40,209 nt of DNA from sequence record OZ035809.1. The stretch is one strand, 5' to 3'. This document shows positions 6,526 through 16,498 of this stretch, piece after piece. Below the pieces are notes generated by a model. The model was given only the letters and a program-made list of their open reading frames with translations. It had not been told where the DNA came from and made no database searches. Numbering within the stretch: the stretch's first letter is position 1; the number at the start of each line of letters is the position of its first letter. A program made the translations under genes and the position numbers. The DNA comes from Kayfunavirus T147P5.

Positions 6526-9207
6526 ATGAGCGTCATCTCTATTGACAAACACGACTTCTCTGATGTGTCGAACGCCATTGAGCCGTTTAACCTGCTGGCT
6601 GACCACTACGGGCAAGACCTTGCAGTCAAACAGCTTCAGCTTGAGCATGAGGCATACACTGAAGGCGAGCGACGTTTCATCAAGAACCTTGAGCGGCAGA
6701 CTGAGCGAGGGGAACTGGCAGACAATCAGGTCGCCAAGCCTTTGATGCAGACTCTGGTTCCTAAGATTGCGCAAGCCGTCAAGGAGTGGCATGAAGGTCC
6801 AGACGGGAAGCTGTCAACCTCTCGTCCGAGCGTAGCGTTCACCATGTTAAGCACTGAAGAGAAGGCCGTCAAGGACCGCTCTCTTCGCATCTCCTGCGAG
6901 TCTGCTGCGGTTATCATACTGAAGGTCATCCTCTCCAAGCTGGTCAAGCCTGAAGGTATACCGATTACACCGATGGCCTCCGCGATAGGTCGCACACTTG
7001 AGGATGAAATCCGATTCGGTCGCATTCGTGACAAGGAGAAGGAGCACTTCAAGAAGGCAATAGCTGATAACCTGAACAAGAGAGCCGGGGCATCATACAA
7101 GAAAGCCTACATGCAAGCGGTCGAGACATCCATGCTGGAGCAAGGCCAACTAGAAGATGCGTGGGGAACTTGGAGTCCGACCGAGGCTGTCCACGTTGGA
7201 ATCAAGATGCTGGAGATTGTCATCCAGTCAACACAACTGGTCGAGCTTAAGCGTTATGGTGCTGGCAATGCAGCGGCTGACGTTGAGATGGTCCACCTGT
7301 CAGACTTCTGGGTCAAGAAGATGGCACAACGCGGCTTCAGCCTTGCGGGCATCGCTCCAGTCTACCAACCTTGCGTAGTTCCACCTAAGCCGTGGACTGG
7401 TGTCGTAGGCGGTGGGTACTGGGCCAAAGGTCGCAGACCATTACCACTGATTCGCTTAGGGTCTAAGTCTGCGGTGGCACGTTACGAAGACGTGTATATG
7501 CCTGAAGTCTATGACGCTGTTAACATCATCCAGAATACACCTTGGAAAGTGAACAAGAAGGTTCTGGACGTGGTGAACATGGTCGAGAAGTTGAACAACA
7601 CGCCTATTGATGACATCCCTCAGATGGAGCCACTGAAGCCTGAAGAATATGCGGGTGAGACTGAAGAGGAACTCAAGGCGTGGAAGAAAGCGGCTGCTGG
7701 TATCTATCGCCGCGAGAAGGCCAGACAGTCACGCAGGTTGTCGCTGAGCTTTATCGTTAACCAAGCGAACAAGTTCTCTCAGTTCAAGGCCATCTGGTTC
7801 CCGTATAACATGGACTGGCGCGGTCGCGTCTACGCTGTGCCGATGTTCAACCCTCAGGGTAACGACATGCAAAAGGGTCTCCTGACTCTGGCAGTCGGTA
7901 AGCCTATTGGTGCTGATGGTTTCAAATGGCTGAAGGTCCACGGTGCAAACTGTGCGGGTGTCGATAAAGTCACCTTCGAGGAGCGCATCAAGTGGGTGGA
8001 AGATAACCACGACAACATCATGGCTACCGCTAAGGCACCGATGGACAGCATTGAGTGGTGGGGTAAGTTAGACTCTCCGTTCTGCTTCCTAGCGTTCTGC
8101 TTCGAGTATGCTGGCGTAATGCACCACGGTTTGTCTTACTCCTGCTCGCTGCCGATAGCTTTCGATGGGTCCTGCTCTGGGATTCAGCACTTCAGCGCGA
8201 TGCTTCGTGATCACATCGGTGGACATGCAGTAAACCTGACGCCTTCCGGTAAGGTCCAAGACATCTACCGCATCGTGTCTGACCGCATTGAGGAGGAGCT
8301 TAAAGTCCTGCTGGTTAATGGCACGGACAACGAGGGGGTCACTAACGAGGATAAGAAAACTGGCGAGATTACCGAACGTATCAAGCTGGGGACACGAGAG
8401 CTGGCCCGCCAGTGGCTGACTTACGGTATGTCACGCAAGGTTACTAAGCGCTCAGTCATGACTCTGGCCTATGGGTCGAAAGAGTACGGCTTTGCAGACC
8501 AAGTTTACGAGGACATCGTGATGCCAGCGATTGACTCAGGGTCTGGCGCTATGTTCACTGAACCAAGCCAAGCGTCTCGCTTCATGGCTAAGATGATTTG
8601 GGAAGCTGTGAGTGTGACCGTAGTTGCTGCAGTTGACGCGATGAAGTGGCTTCAAGGTGCTGCCAAGCTGCTGGCGGCTGAAGTGAAGGACAAGAAGACT
8701 GGAGAAATCCTGAAGCCTTGCCTTCCGGTACACTGGGTCACACCTGATGGGTTCCCGGTCTGGCAGGAATACCGCAAGAAGGATACCACTCGTCTGAACC
8801 TGATGTTCTTAGGGTCATTCAACCTTCAGCCTACCGTCAACAAAGGCACGAAGAAGGAGTTGGATAAGCACAAGCAGGAGTCAGGAATTAGCCCGAACTT
8901 CGTCCACTCACAAGATGGTAGCCATCTCCGCAAGACTGTAGTCCACACTCACCGCAAGTATGGCGTGATGTCATTCGCAGTGATTCACGATAGCTTCGGG
9001 ACCATCCCGGCTGACGCTGAGTATCTGTTCCGGGGTGTCCGTGAGACGATGGTCGAGACCTACCGCGACAACGATGTGCTGCTTGACTTCTACGAGCAGT
9101 TTGAATACCAACTTCATGAGAGCCAGCGCGACAAGTTGCCTGAGCTTCCGAAGAAAGGTAAACTGAATATTGAGGACATTCTATCTTCAGACTTTGCATT
9201 CGCTTAA
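6526..9207 (+). CDS. DNA-directed RNA polymerase, single-subunit (T7 gp1-like)
   Basis: 893 aa; collinear with T7 RNAP (DFSD...PFN.LADHYG, FQPCVVPPKPWTG, WFPYNMDWRGRVYAV, FCFLAFCFEYAG, HDSFGT, C-terminal FAFA). Confidence 0.97.
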   Translation: MSVISIDKHDFSDVSNAIEPFNLLADHYGQDLAVKQLQLEHEAYTEGERRFIKNLERQTERGELADNQVAKPLMQTLVPKIAQAVKEWHEGPDGKLSTSRPSVAFTMLSTEEKAVKDRSLRISCESAAVIILKVILSKLVKPEGIPITPMASAIGRTLEDEIRFGRIRDKEKEHFKKAIADNLNKRAGASYKKAYMQAVETSMLEQGQLEDAWGTWSPTEAVHVGIKMLEIVIQSTQLVELKRYGAGNAAADVEMVHLSDFWVKKMAQRGFSLAGIAPVYQPCVVPPKPWTGVVGGGYWAKGRRPLPLIRLGSKSAVARYEDVYMPEVYDAVNIIQNTPWKVNKKVLDVVNMVEKLNNTPIDDIPQMEPLKPEEYAGETEEELKAWKKAAAGIYRREKARQSRRLSLSFIVNQANKFSQFKAIWFPYNMDWRGRVYAVPMFNPQGNDMQKGLLTLAVGKPIGADGFKWLKVHGANCAGVDKVTFEERIKWVEDNHDNIMATAKAPMDSIEWWGKLDSPFCFLAFCFEYAGVMHHGLSYSCSLPIAFDGSCSGIQHFSAMLRDHIGGHAVNLTPSGKVQDIYRIVSDRIEEELKVLLVNGTDNEGVTNEDKKTGEITERIKLGTRELARQWLTYGMSRKVTKRSVMTLAYGSKEYGFADQVYEDIVMPAIDSGSGAMFTEPSQASRFMAKMIWEAVSVTVVAAVDAMKWLQGAAKLLAAEVKDKKTGEILKPCLPVHWVTPDGFPVWQEYRKKDTTRLNLMFLGSFNLQPTVNKGTKKELDKHKQESGISPNFVHSQDGSHLRKTVVHTHRKYGVMSFAVIHDSFGTIPADAEYLFRGVRETMVETYRDNDVLLDFYEQFEYQLHESQRDKLPELPKKGKLNIEDILSSDFAFA

Positions 9208-9223
9208 TAACAGGAGAGACAAC

Positions 9224-9424
9224 ATGCAATTCGAACACCGTGTATCAAACGTACCTGGTGGTAACAAGGTCGTAACAGTAACAATGGCGGCTGGCAAGGG
9301 TCTATTCAAAGTTACTATGGTCCCGACTGGAACGGCTAAGGCCAAAGGTATCAGCCAGAAGGAGCTGATTCAGGTAATCCAGTGGTCGCACGAGAAGGCC
9401 CTACGGGAAGAGGCAACCAAATGA
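9224..9424 (+). CDS. hypothetical protein
   Basis: RBS CAGGAGAG 9211-9218, ATG 9224; 66 aa; the ORF-track start at 9170 overlaps the RNAP 3' end and lacks RBS. Confidence 0.5.
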   Translation: MQFEHRVSNVPGGNKVVTVTMAAGKGLFKVTMVPTGTAKAKGISQKELIQVIQWSHEKALREEATK

Positions 9425-9500
9425 CAGACCTACAGTTACTGGCCATGTGGCTGGGAGCACTAGCAGTATTCACTTTAATCCAACGCAGAAGAGGTTAACC

Positions 9501-9523
9501 CTAAACTATCACTATAGGATTAG
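9501..9523 (+). promoter_or_regulatory. phage RNAP promoter (phi1.1-like)
   Basis: CTAAACTATCACTATAGGATTAG; +1 about 9518. Confidence 0.8.
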
Positions 9524-9565
9524 ACTAAAGGTCATGACTCAAAGTCGTGGCCTTCATGATTAACC
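9519..9565 (+). promoter_or_regulatory. RNase III-site-like hairpin (analogous position to T7 R1.1)
   Basis: Same inner stem AAGGUCA(9528-9534)/UGGCCUU(9548-9554) as the elements at 296 and 16436. Confidence 0.45.
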
Positions 9566-9595
9566 CTAAATAAACACTACTGGAGATTTAACCGT

Positions 9596-9775
9596 ATGTA
9601 TCAGAACACTATCAACTTCGAGCGCATCCGTGAACGTCAGCAGACTGAAGGTTACATCCCGAAGGGCCGCAAGCTGAACAAGACCAAGCGTGGCGGTGGT
9701 ATCAAAGGCGCTTTCCGAAACGCTGAAGGTAAAGACTCTCTGGTCAACCAAGAGAAATACTTCGTAGGAGCATAA
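9596..9775 (+). CDS. gp1.1-like small basic protein
   Basis: Not in ORF track (59 aa); RBS GGAG 9582-9585; ..KGRKLNKTKRGGG.. resembles T7 gp1.1 (KGRKLNKTKR). Confidence 0.55.
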   Translation: MYQNTINFERIRERQQTEGYIPKGRKLNKTKRGGGIKGAFRNAEGKDSLVNQEKYFVGA

Positions 9776-9779
9776 CTCT

Positions 9780-10043
9780 ATGGGCCGACTTTATAGTGGC
9801 AACCTCAACGCTTTCAGAGCAGCGTGTAACAGGCTTTATCAGTTAGACTTCGCTGTTATATCTCAGGAGTTTCAAGACCATACGTCACGCCAAGAGTGCA
9901 TGAAACTCAGGGTGGAGGACCGAGCTGGTAACATCTTCGCGCTTGAGACCTTCGCACACTACGATGAAGACGTGCTGTATAATACTGCAACAGACTACCT
10001 CAACGGTCTCGCTGACCAACTCGACACATGGAGCAAAGCATAA
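9780..10043 (+). CDS. gp1.2-like protein (dGTPase inhibitor family)
   Basis: 87 aa; MGRLYSGNLNAF.AA.N.L.QLD.AVI...RL.EDR.GN...T.HDEDVL.N..TD.LN closely resembles T7 gp1.2. Confidence 0.8.
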   Translation: MGRLYSGNLNAFRAACNRLYQLDFAVISQEFQDHTSRQECMKLRVEDRAGNIFALETFAHYDEDVLYNTATDYLNGLADQLDTWSKA

Positions 10044-11125
10044 TGACAACTATCAAAACTAACCCGCACCGCGCTGTAGATTACTCTGAGTCTGGCATTA
10101 AAAAGGCACTGGAAGCAGCCGGGTCTCTGGAAGCTGAAGTGAAGTACGATGGTGTCCGGTTGAACCTTCCGGTGCTGCGAGAAGGTGAGACATACTGGTT
10201 AAGCCGTGAGTCTAAACCGCTGCCAGCACTGGAGTGGATGAACTCTGAGTTAGGGAATGCGTGGACTCAAGCTGACTGGCGATGGTTCCTGCGTCAAGCT
10301 GGATACGAAGGCGTAGGCCTGATGATTGACGGAGAGGTAATGGTCAAAGGTGTTGACTTCAACACATCATCGGGTCTCATCCGAACGAAGTGGCTGAAGC
10401 CTAGCAACGAGGAGTTCGCTGAATGCTATCCGGGACGTGGCAAGAAGGTCCCGTTCTGGGTAGCCAGGTCACGACTCAAGGTTGTGGTCTACGGCGTCGT
10501 AGATATGACAACCATTGCTGACCCGAAAGCCGAAGGTCCTATCCATAGCGTCACACGCCTGAAGGCCGAAGCTATCGTCCCTCTCCTCCAGAAATACTTC
10601 CCGGAAATCTACTGGGTTCTGTCTGAGTCACACACGGTCTATGACCTTGAGTCGCTCAACTCCCTGTACGAACAGAAGCGTCTGGAAGGACATGAGGGTC
10701 TGGTAGTCAAGGACCCACTAGGTAAGTACAAGCGTGGCAAGAAGTCTGGCATGTGGAAAATGAAGCCTGAGGAGACCATCGACGGGACCGTGTGTGGCCT
10801 CGTGTGGGGGACTCCTGGTAAGGCTAACGAAGGTAAGGTCATCGGCTTTGAGGTTCTACTGGAGGATGGCATGGTGGTCAACGCCTGTGGTCTGACTGAA
10901 GAACAGAAGGACGAGTTTACGGCTAAGGTCAAGGAGGACACGCTTGCTGCGGTTGGCATCTTTGAGCCGTACGGCATTGGTGGTAACGAACCTTGCTTCA
11001 ATAACCCATACGAAGGCTGGCAGTGTGAAGTCCTCTTCATGGAGAGGTTCCCTGATGGCTCCCTTCGTCACCCCAGCTTCAAGTGCTGGCGTGGAACCGA
11101 AGACAACCCAACGGTGAAGTCATGA
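10043..11125 (+). CDS. ATP-dependent DNA ligase (T7 gp1.3-like)
   Basis: Start chosen at ATG 10043 (TAATG overlap with gp1.2) to match T7 N-terminus (MTTIKTNP..); adenylation motif EVKYDGVR; EGHEGLVVKDP; KSGMWKMKPE; SLRHPSF. Confidence 0.9.
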   Translation: MTTIKTNPHRAVDYSESGIKKALEAAGSLEAEVKYDGVRLNLPVLREGETYWLSRESKPLPALEWMNSELGNAWTQADWRWFLRQAGYEGVGLMIDGEVMVKGVDFNTSSGLIRTKWLKPSNEEFAECYPGRGKKVPFWVARSRLKVVVYGVVDMTTIADPKAEGPIHSVTRLKAEAIVPLLQKYFPEIYWVLSESHTVYDLESLNSLYEQKRLEGHEGLVVKDPLGKYKRGKKSGMWKMKPEETIDGTVCGLVWGTPGKANEGKVIGFEVLLEDGMVVNACGLTEEQKDEFTAKVKEDTLAAVGIFEPYGIGGNEPCFNNPYEGWQCEVLFMERFPDGSLRHPSFKCWRGTEDNPTVKS

Positions 11126-11301
11126 GTACACAACTTTATATCAACATAGCAAGTGGTCAACTCTACGCTGTGGTAAATGGCGAGCTGTGGTATCGTAAAC
11201 TCAAGAAGTGGGCCAAGTCCTACTACGATGAAGAGACAATATCAACCATGAGTCATCGCTACCGTAAGGCTGCTAAGGTGAACAACTTTAAGATGCGTTA
11301 A
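11122..11301 (+). CDS. hypothetical small protein (gene 1.4/1.5 position)
   Basis: ATG 11122 overlaps ligase stop (ATGA); 59 aa. Confidence 0.5.
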   Translation: MSTQLYINIASGQLYAVVNGELWYRKLKKWAKSYYDEETISTMSHRYRKAAKVNNFKMR

Positions 11302-11307
11302 CGTCAA

Positions 11308-11339
11308 CCCAGTGGTCTTAGGACTGCTGGGTTTCTTTG
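11308..11339 (+). terminator. intrinsic terminator candidate (analogous to T7 early terminator TE after gene 1.3)
   Basis: Stem CCCAGUGGUC (11308-11317)/GACUGCUGGG (11322-11331) with two G-U pairs, loop UUAG, followed by UUUCUUUG. Confidence 0.6.
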
Positions 11340-11360
11340 CGTCTGGGCCACCAGCTAGAC

Positions 11361-11383
11361 CCTAAGCTATCACTATAGGACAA
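11361..11383 (+). promoter_or_regulatory. phage RNAP promoter
   Basis: CCTAAGCTATCACTATAGGACAA; +1 about 11378. Confidence 0.75.
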
Positions 11384-11409
11384 CCCTAACCGACCAAAGG
11401 AGAAACCTT

Positions 11410-11664
11410 ATGTCTAAAAACTTAATGTTCAACCGATTTACTCGAAGCTTCCACCTGTCGCATAGCCCATTCAGCTTCCATAAAGCTAATCAACCATTAC
11501 CCCGCTTTGGTAAGACAGTGGCTCTGTCTCCTACAGTTCATGCGCTAGTCACCCGCAAGTCTATGCTGAATGCTATGGATAAAGAACAAGTTGATGTGCC
11601 TGTGGTCATTACAAAATGGCCTCGCATTAAGCTGGCACTTCTGGTAATTAAGGAGGCGCTCTGA
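11410..11664 (+). CDS. hypothetical protein (gene 1.6 position)
   Basis: 84-aa ORF downstream of promoter; RBS AAGGAG 11397-11402. Confidence 0.55.
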   Translation: MSKNLMFNRFTRSFHLSHSPFSFHKANQPLPRFGKTVALSPTVHALVTRKSMLNAMDKEQVDVPVVITKWPRIKLALLVIKEAL

Positions 11665-11996
11665 TGACATACTGTGATAGCACCACATACTGTGAAGCAT
11701 GTAATGGTGACGACCGCTTCCCGCACGTTGGTAAACTTGTAGGTAACAAACTACAAGAAATTGATGACGTCCGCAAGCCGTCCCACTATCAGGTCTTTGA
11801 TAGCGTGGAATCCATTGAGATTATCGCACGGTCAATGACTGTGAGTGAGTTCCGTGGGTTCTGCATGGGTAACGTCCTGAAGTATCGACTCCGGGCTGGT
11901 AAGAAGTCCGAACTGGCTACTATGGAGAAGGACCTGAACAAAGCATCCTTCTATCAGAAGCTGTTCGACTTGCATAAAGGTAAGTGCTATGCTTAA
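11664..11996 (+). CDS. gp1.7-like protein (short form)
   Basis: 110 aa; KPSHYQVFDSVE...GFCMGNVLKYRLRAG resembles a conserved block of T7 gp1.7 as recalled; shorter than T7 gp1.7. Confidence 0.45.
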   Translation: MTYCDSTTYCEACNGDDRFPHVGKLVGNKLQEIDDVRKPSHYQVFDSVESIEIIARSMTVSEFRGFCMGNVLKYRLRAGKKSELATMEKDLNKASFYQKLFDLHKGKCYA

Positions 11997-12075
11997 TGAT
12001 ATTGTGTATTACTGTGTAGTATGCGCCGGAGTTGGAGCACTAATCATTTTAATATATTGGGCCATAGAGGTGTAA
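11989..12075 (+). CDS. small hydrophobic peptide (28 aa)
   Basis: ATG 11989 overlaps preceding stop (ATGCTTAA); MLNDIVYYCVVCAGVGALIILIYWAIEV; stop TAA 12073-12075 directly before next ATG. Confidence 0.25.
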   Translation: MLNDIVYYCVVCAGVGALIILIYWAIEV

Positions 12076-12076
12076 T

Positions 12077-12175
12077 ATGGAAAAGCCGAGTGAGTGGTGC
12101 GAGCATAAATTTGAGGAGACAGGTAACGTCGATTACCTTCAGCTCTACAACTTATGGAAGGAGCGTGGTCTATGA
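12077..12175 (+). CDS. small protein (32 aa)
   Basis: [32 protein letters not shown]; stop overlaps gp2 ATG (ATGA). Confidence 0.3.
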   Translation: MEKPSEWCEHKFEETGNVDYLQLYNLWKERGL

Positions 12176-12330
12176 CTGACGTAGAGAAGAAATACATCGT
12201 GGAGCTTGAGGGTCGCGTTCAGTCCTTCGAGGTTCCGATGTATGCAAGGTCTCTTGAAGAGGCTACCCTGAAGTCCCAAGAGTATGAGGACGCTGGGTTT
12301 GTGGTCGGACGGATTCGTCCTGAGCCCTAA
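12172..12330 (+). CDS. gp2-like inhibitor of host RNA polymerase
   Basis: Not in ORF track (52 aa); [14 protein letters not shown]......[10 protein letters not shown] matches T7 gp2 core (SFEVPIYAETLDEA...AGFEVTRVRP). Confidence 0.7.
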   Translation: MTDVEKKYIVELEGRVQSFEVPMYARSLEEATLKSQEYEDAGFVVGRIRPEP

Positions 12331-12348
12331 ACTATCACTGTAGGACAG
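12326..12348 (+). promoter_or_regulatory. phage RNAP promoter (variant, phi2.5-like)
   Basis: CCTAAACTATCACTGTAGGACAG; one substitution at -3; overlaps gp2 stop. Confidence 0.6.
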
Positions 12349-12387
12349 ACGTCCAGTTCGTAACTTTAAATTAGGAGATTTACACCA

Positions 12388-13086
12388 ATGGCTAAAGAGC
12401 AACTGAAGACTTTCACCACTCCGGTAGCTGGTATCGTTGAGCCTTACGCATGGCTGAACAAAGCAGACACCAAGTTTAATGAACGTGGTGAGCATAAGGT
12501 TAACCTGACATTCGACCTGAGCAACCCGAAGGTCCGTAAGATGATTGATGTCTTACAGAAGATTCACGACGATGCGTATGCGAAAGCACTCGCAGACCAC
12601 GAGAAGAACCCACCTCAGGTTCAGCGTGGCAAGAAGCCTATTGAACCACGAGAGGGCGACATGCCGTGGATTGAGAATGGTGACGGTACTGTTACCATGA
12701 AGTTTAAATGCTTCGCGTCTTACCTGAAGGATGGTAAGTCAGAGCCTATCGTATTACGGTTCTACGACACCGATGCTAAGTTAATCCGTGACGTCCCGAA
12801 TATTGGCGCTGGCTCAAAACTGAAGGTCAAGTTTAAAGTCCTGCCGTTCAAGTGGAACGCTGCGACTGGTGCAAGCGTTAAGCTACAGCTTGAGTCCTGC
12901 CTTCTGGTAGAACTGAAGGAGTGGAAAGGTGATGGTACTGGTGGCGATGGCGGCTGGGGTGATGATGAAGACCTCGGTACTGGCTACAAAGCATCAACCG
13001 ATGGTGACTTCGGGTCTGATGACTTCGGTGACGATGGTTACGAAGGTGGTGACGACTCCAACTCTGGTGGCGATTACGACTTCTAA
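12388..13086 (+). CDS. single-stranded DNA-binding protein (T7 gp2.5-like)
   Basis: 232 aa; Gly/Asp-rich acidic C-terminus ending GGDYDF as in gp2.5; RBS TTAGGAG. Confidence 0.9.
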   Translation: MAKEQLKTFTTPVAGIVEPYAWLNKADTKFNERGEHKVNLTFDLSNPKVRKMIDVLQKIHDDAYAKALADHEKNPPQVQRGKKPIEPREGDMPWIENGDGTVTMKFKCFASYLKDGKSEPIVLRFYDTDAKLIRDVPNIGAGSKLKVKFKVLPFKWNAATGASVKLQLESCLLVELKEWKGDGTGGDGGWGDDEDLGTGYKASTDGDFGSDDFGDDGYEGGDDSNSGGDYDF

Positions 13087-13538
13087 TGGCCCAATGGTCT
13101 GCAAAACGGGGGCACTCTGTGGGTGCCTACCGCTCTGGACTTGAAGCCAAGAACCAGCAGTGGCTGGAACAGAACGGCGTCAAAGCGGAGTACGAAAGCC
13201 ATTATATCAACTATGTGATTCCGGCTTCCGACCACAAGTACACACCAGATTTTATCCTTCCCAACGGTATCATCGTGGAGACCAAAGGTATCTTTGATAG
13301 TGATGACCGTAAGAAGCACCTTCTGGTACGAGAACAGCACCCAGAGTTAGACATCCGGTTCGTGTTCTCAAGTTCCCGCTCAAAGTTATACAAAGGGTCT
13401 CCGACCACGTATGGAGCATGGTGCGAAAAGAACGGCTATAAGTATGCCGATAAGTTCATCCCGGTTGAGTGGCTGCGAGAGGCGACTGTACGTCTGCCTT
13501 CAGGTATACTCATCCCCAAGAAGAAAGGAGTTAAGTGA
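13086..13538 (+). CDS. endonuclease I, Holliday-junction resolvase (T7 gp3-like)
   Basis: 150 aa; YVIPASDHKYTPDF.LPNGI.VETKG...SDDRKKHLL.REQHPELDIR.VFSSSR.KLYKGSPTTYG near-identical to T7 endo I. Confidence 0.92.
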   Translation: MAQWSAKRGHSVGAYRSGLEAKNQQWLEQNGVKAEYESHYINYVIPASDHKYTPDFILPNGIIVETKGIFDSDDRKKHLLVREQHPELDIRFVFSSSRSKLYKGSPTTYGAWCEKNGYKYADKFIPVEWLREATVRLPSGILIPKKKGVK

Positions 13539-13762
13539 TGACTCAGGAAGTTAAGGTCGTTCGTCAGCGTCTGACCATTGATAAAATCCCGGTAGGCTAT
13601 GCGTTTATCGTCCACGGTAAGCCGGGTGAAGTGTACGTGAAGATTAGTAACTCTCACGTCTTCAACCATAAGTTACTCCAGATGCACACCACGGATGCTA
13701 ACCGCTTCCAACGTCATCTGAACCTCGTAGCTGTAGAGCTGGTGGTGTATGATGGTGAGTAA
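13535..13762 (+). CDS. hypothetical protein
   Basis: 75-aa ORF; RBS AAGGAG; overlaps flanking genes by a few nt; no T7 counterpart between gene 3 and 3.5. Confidence 0.5.
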   Translation: MMTQEVKVVRQRLTIDKIPVGYAFIVHGKPGEVYVKISNSHVFNHKLLQMHTTDANRFQRHLNLVAVELVVYDGE

Positions 13763-14210
13763 GGTGCAATTCAACCCACGGTCACGGACTGACGCTATCT
13801 TCGTTCACTGTTCGGCTACCAAGCCAGAGATGGACATCGGGGTAGAGACCATCCGTATGTGGCACAAGCAGCAAGGCTGGCTGGACGTAGGCTACCACTT
13901 TATCATCAAGCGCGATGGTACTGTGGAAGAGGGTCGCCCTGTCAATGTCGTAGGGTCACACGTTAAGGACTGGAACTCACGGTCTGTAGGAGTCTGCCTT
14001 GTAGGCGGAATTGACGCTAAGGGCAAGTTTGAAGCTAACTTCACTCAGGCCCAGATGAACTCCCTGCGCAACAAGCTGGCTGACCTGAAGGCCCTGTATC
14101 CTCAGGCAGAAATCAAAGCACACCATGACGTAGCACCAAAGGCGTGTCCAAGTTTCGACTTACAACGCTGGCTGTCTACCAATGAGCTGGTCACTTCCGA
14201 CCACGGTTAA
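13749..14210 (+). CDS. lysozyme / N-acetylmuramoyl-L-alanine amidase (T7 gp3.5-like)
   Basis: 153 aa; TDAIFVHCSATKP, WLDVGYHFIIKRDGTVEEGR, VCLVGGIDAKGKF.ANFT.AQM.SL, HHDVAPKACPSFDL match T7 lysozyme. Confidence 0.92.
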   Translation: MMVSKVQFNPRSRTDAIFVHCSATKPEMDIGVETIRMWHKQQGWLDVGYHFIIKRDGTVEEGRPVNVVGSHVKDWNSRSVGVCLVGGIDAKGKFEANFTQAQMNSLRNKLADLKALYPQAEIKAHHDVAPKACPSFDLQRWLSTNELVTSDHG

Positions 14211-14234
14211 TAAACTCTAAAGGAGAATAACTCA

Positions 14235-14450
14235 ATGATTAAACTTATCGAATTTCTTGGTCGTCTGGTGGTGCGTGGCTATCGTCGTGCTGCGGTACTG
14301 GAACGAAAGGTAGAAAAGAAGACTGCCGATGGTGCGGCTGATGCTGCTGCTATGGCTGACAAGCTGACCATCGCGTCACTGGAAGCTGGCATGAAGGCAC
14401 GTCAAGCTGACACCAAAGCTAACCAGTTGGCTAAGTTCTTCAAAGCCTAA
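14235..14450 (+). CDS. hypothetical protein
   Basis: 71-aa ORF with RBS AAGGAG; Ala/Lys-rich. Confidence 0.55.
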   Translation: MIKLIEFLGRLVVRGYRRAAVLERKVEKKTADGAADAAAMADKLTIASLEAGMKARQADTKANQLAKFFKA

Positions 14451-14468
14451 ACTATCACCTTAGGGATG
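14446..14468 (+). promoter_or_regulatory. phage RNAP promoter (degenerate variant)
   Basis: CCTAAACTATCACCTTAGGGATG; two substitutions in the -4 to -2 region; upstream of primase-helicase. Confidence 0.5.
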
Positions 14469-14515
14469 GGACCGTGAGTCCTGTCCCTCTGTTCGCATTT
14501 GTGATTAAGGAGTGA

Positions 14516-16219
<1,704 letters not shown>

Positions 16220-16234
16220 ATGTCAATGCCCTGA

Positions 16235-16435
16235 GTGCGATTGGAAGTCACCATACGGAGGACACCATTAGTGTTTAAGAAACTTAAAGCTCGCTACCAT
16301 CGGTTCATGTACAAATGGTGGAGTGACGAAGCAACCTGCCTGTCCAACATTCTGGGAGACCAAAGGTTCAACTCTGCGGCATGGAAGAAAGCTAACCGGA
16401 AGTTCATGTATCACTTCTTGCGTACAGACTTCTAG
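16235..16435 (+). CDS. hypothetical small protein
   Basis: ORF-track GTG start at 16235; a better-supported start is GTG 16271 (RBS GGAGGA 16255-16260, 10-nt spacer); basic, Trp-rich. Confidence 0.4.
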   Translation: MRLEVTIRRTPLVFKKLKARYHRFMYKWWSDEATCLSNILGDQRFNSAAWKKANRKFMYHFLRTDF

Positions 16436-16481
16436 GTCTAGACTCAAGGTCATTCACATCGAGTGGCCTTTATGATTAGAC
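16436..16481 (+). promoter_or_regulatory. RNase III-site-like hairpin (analogous to T7 R4.7 region)
   Basis: Inner stem AAGGUCA(16446-16452)/UGGCCUU(16464-16470) identical to the copy at 296; outer stem GUCUA/UAGAC differs but stays complementary. Confidence 0.5.
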
Positions 16482-16498
16482 TAAACGGAGGATTAACC

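Noticed and set aside
12929-13144. Alternative-frame ORFs nested in known genes (e.g. 12929-13144 in SSB, 19041-19253 and 19102-19329 around the HNH, 20946-21185 in gp6.5, 28810-29121 in gp12)
   Set aside because: Low-complexity or out-of-frame translations within well-supported genes; no RBS and no independent support.
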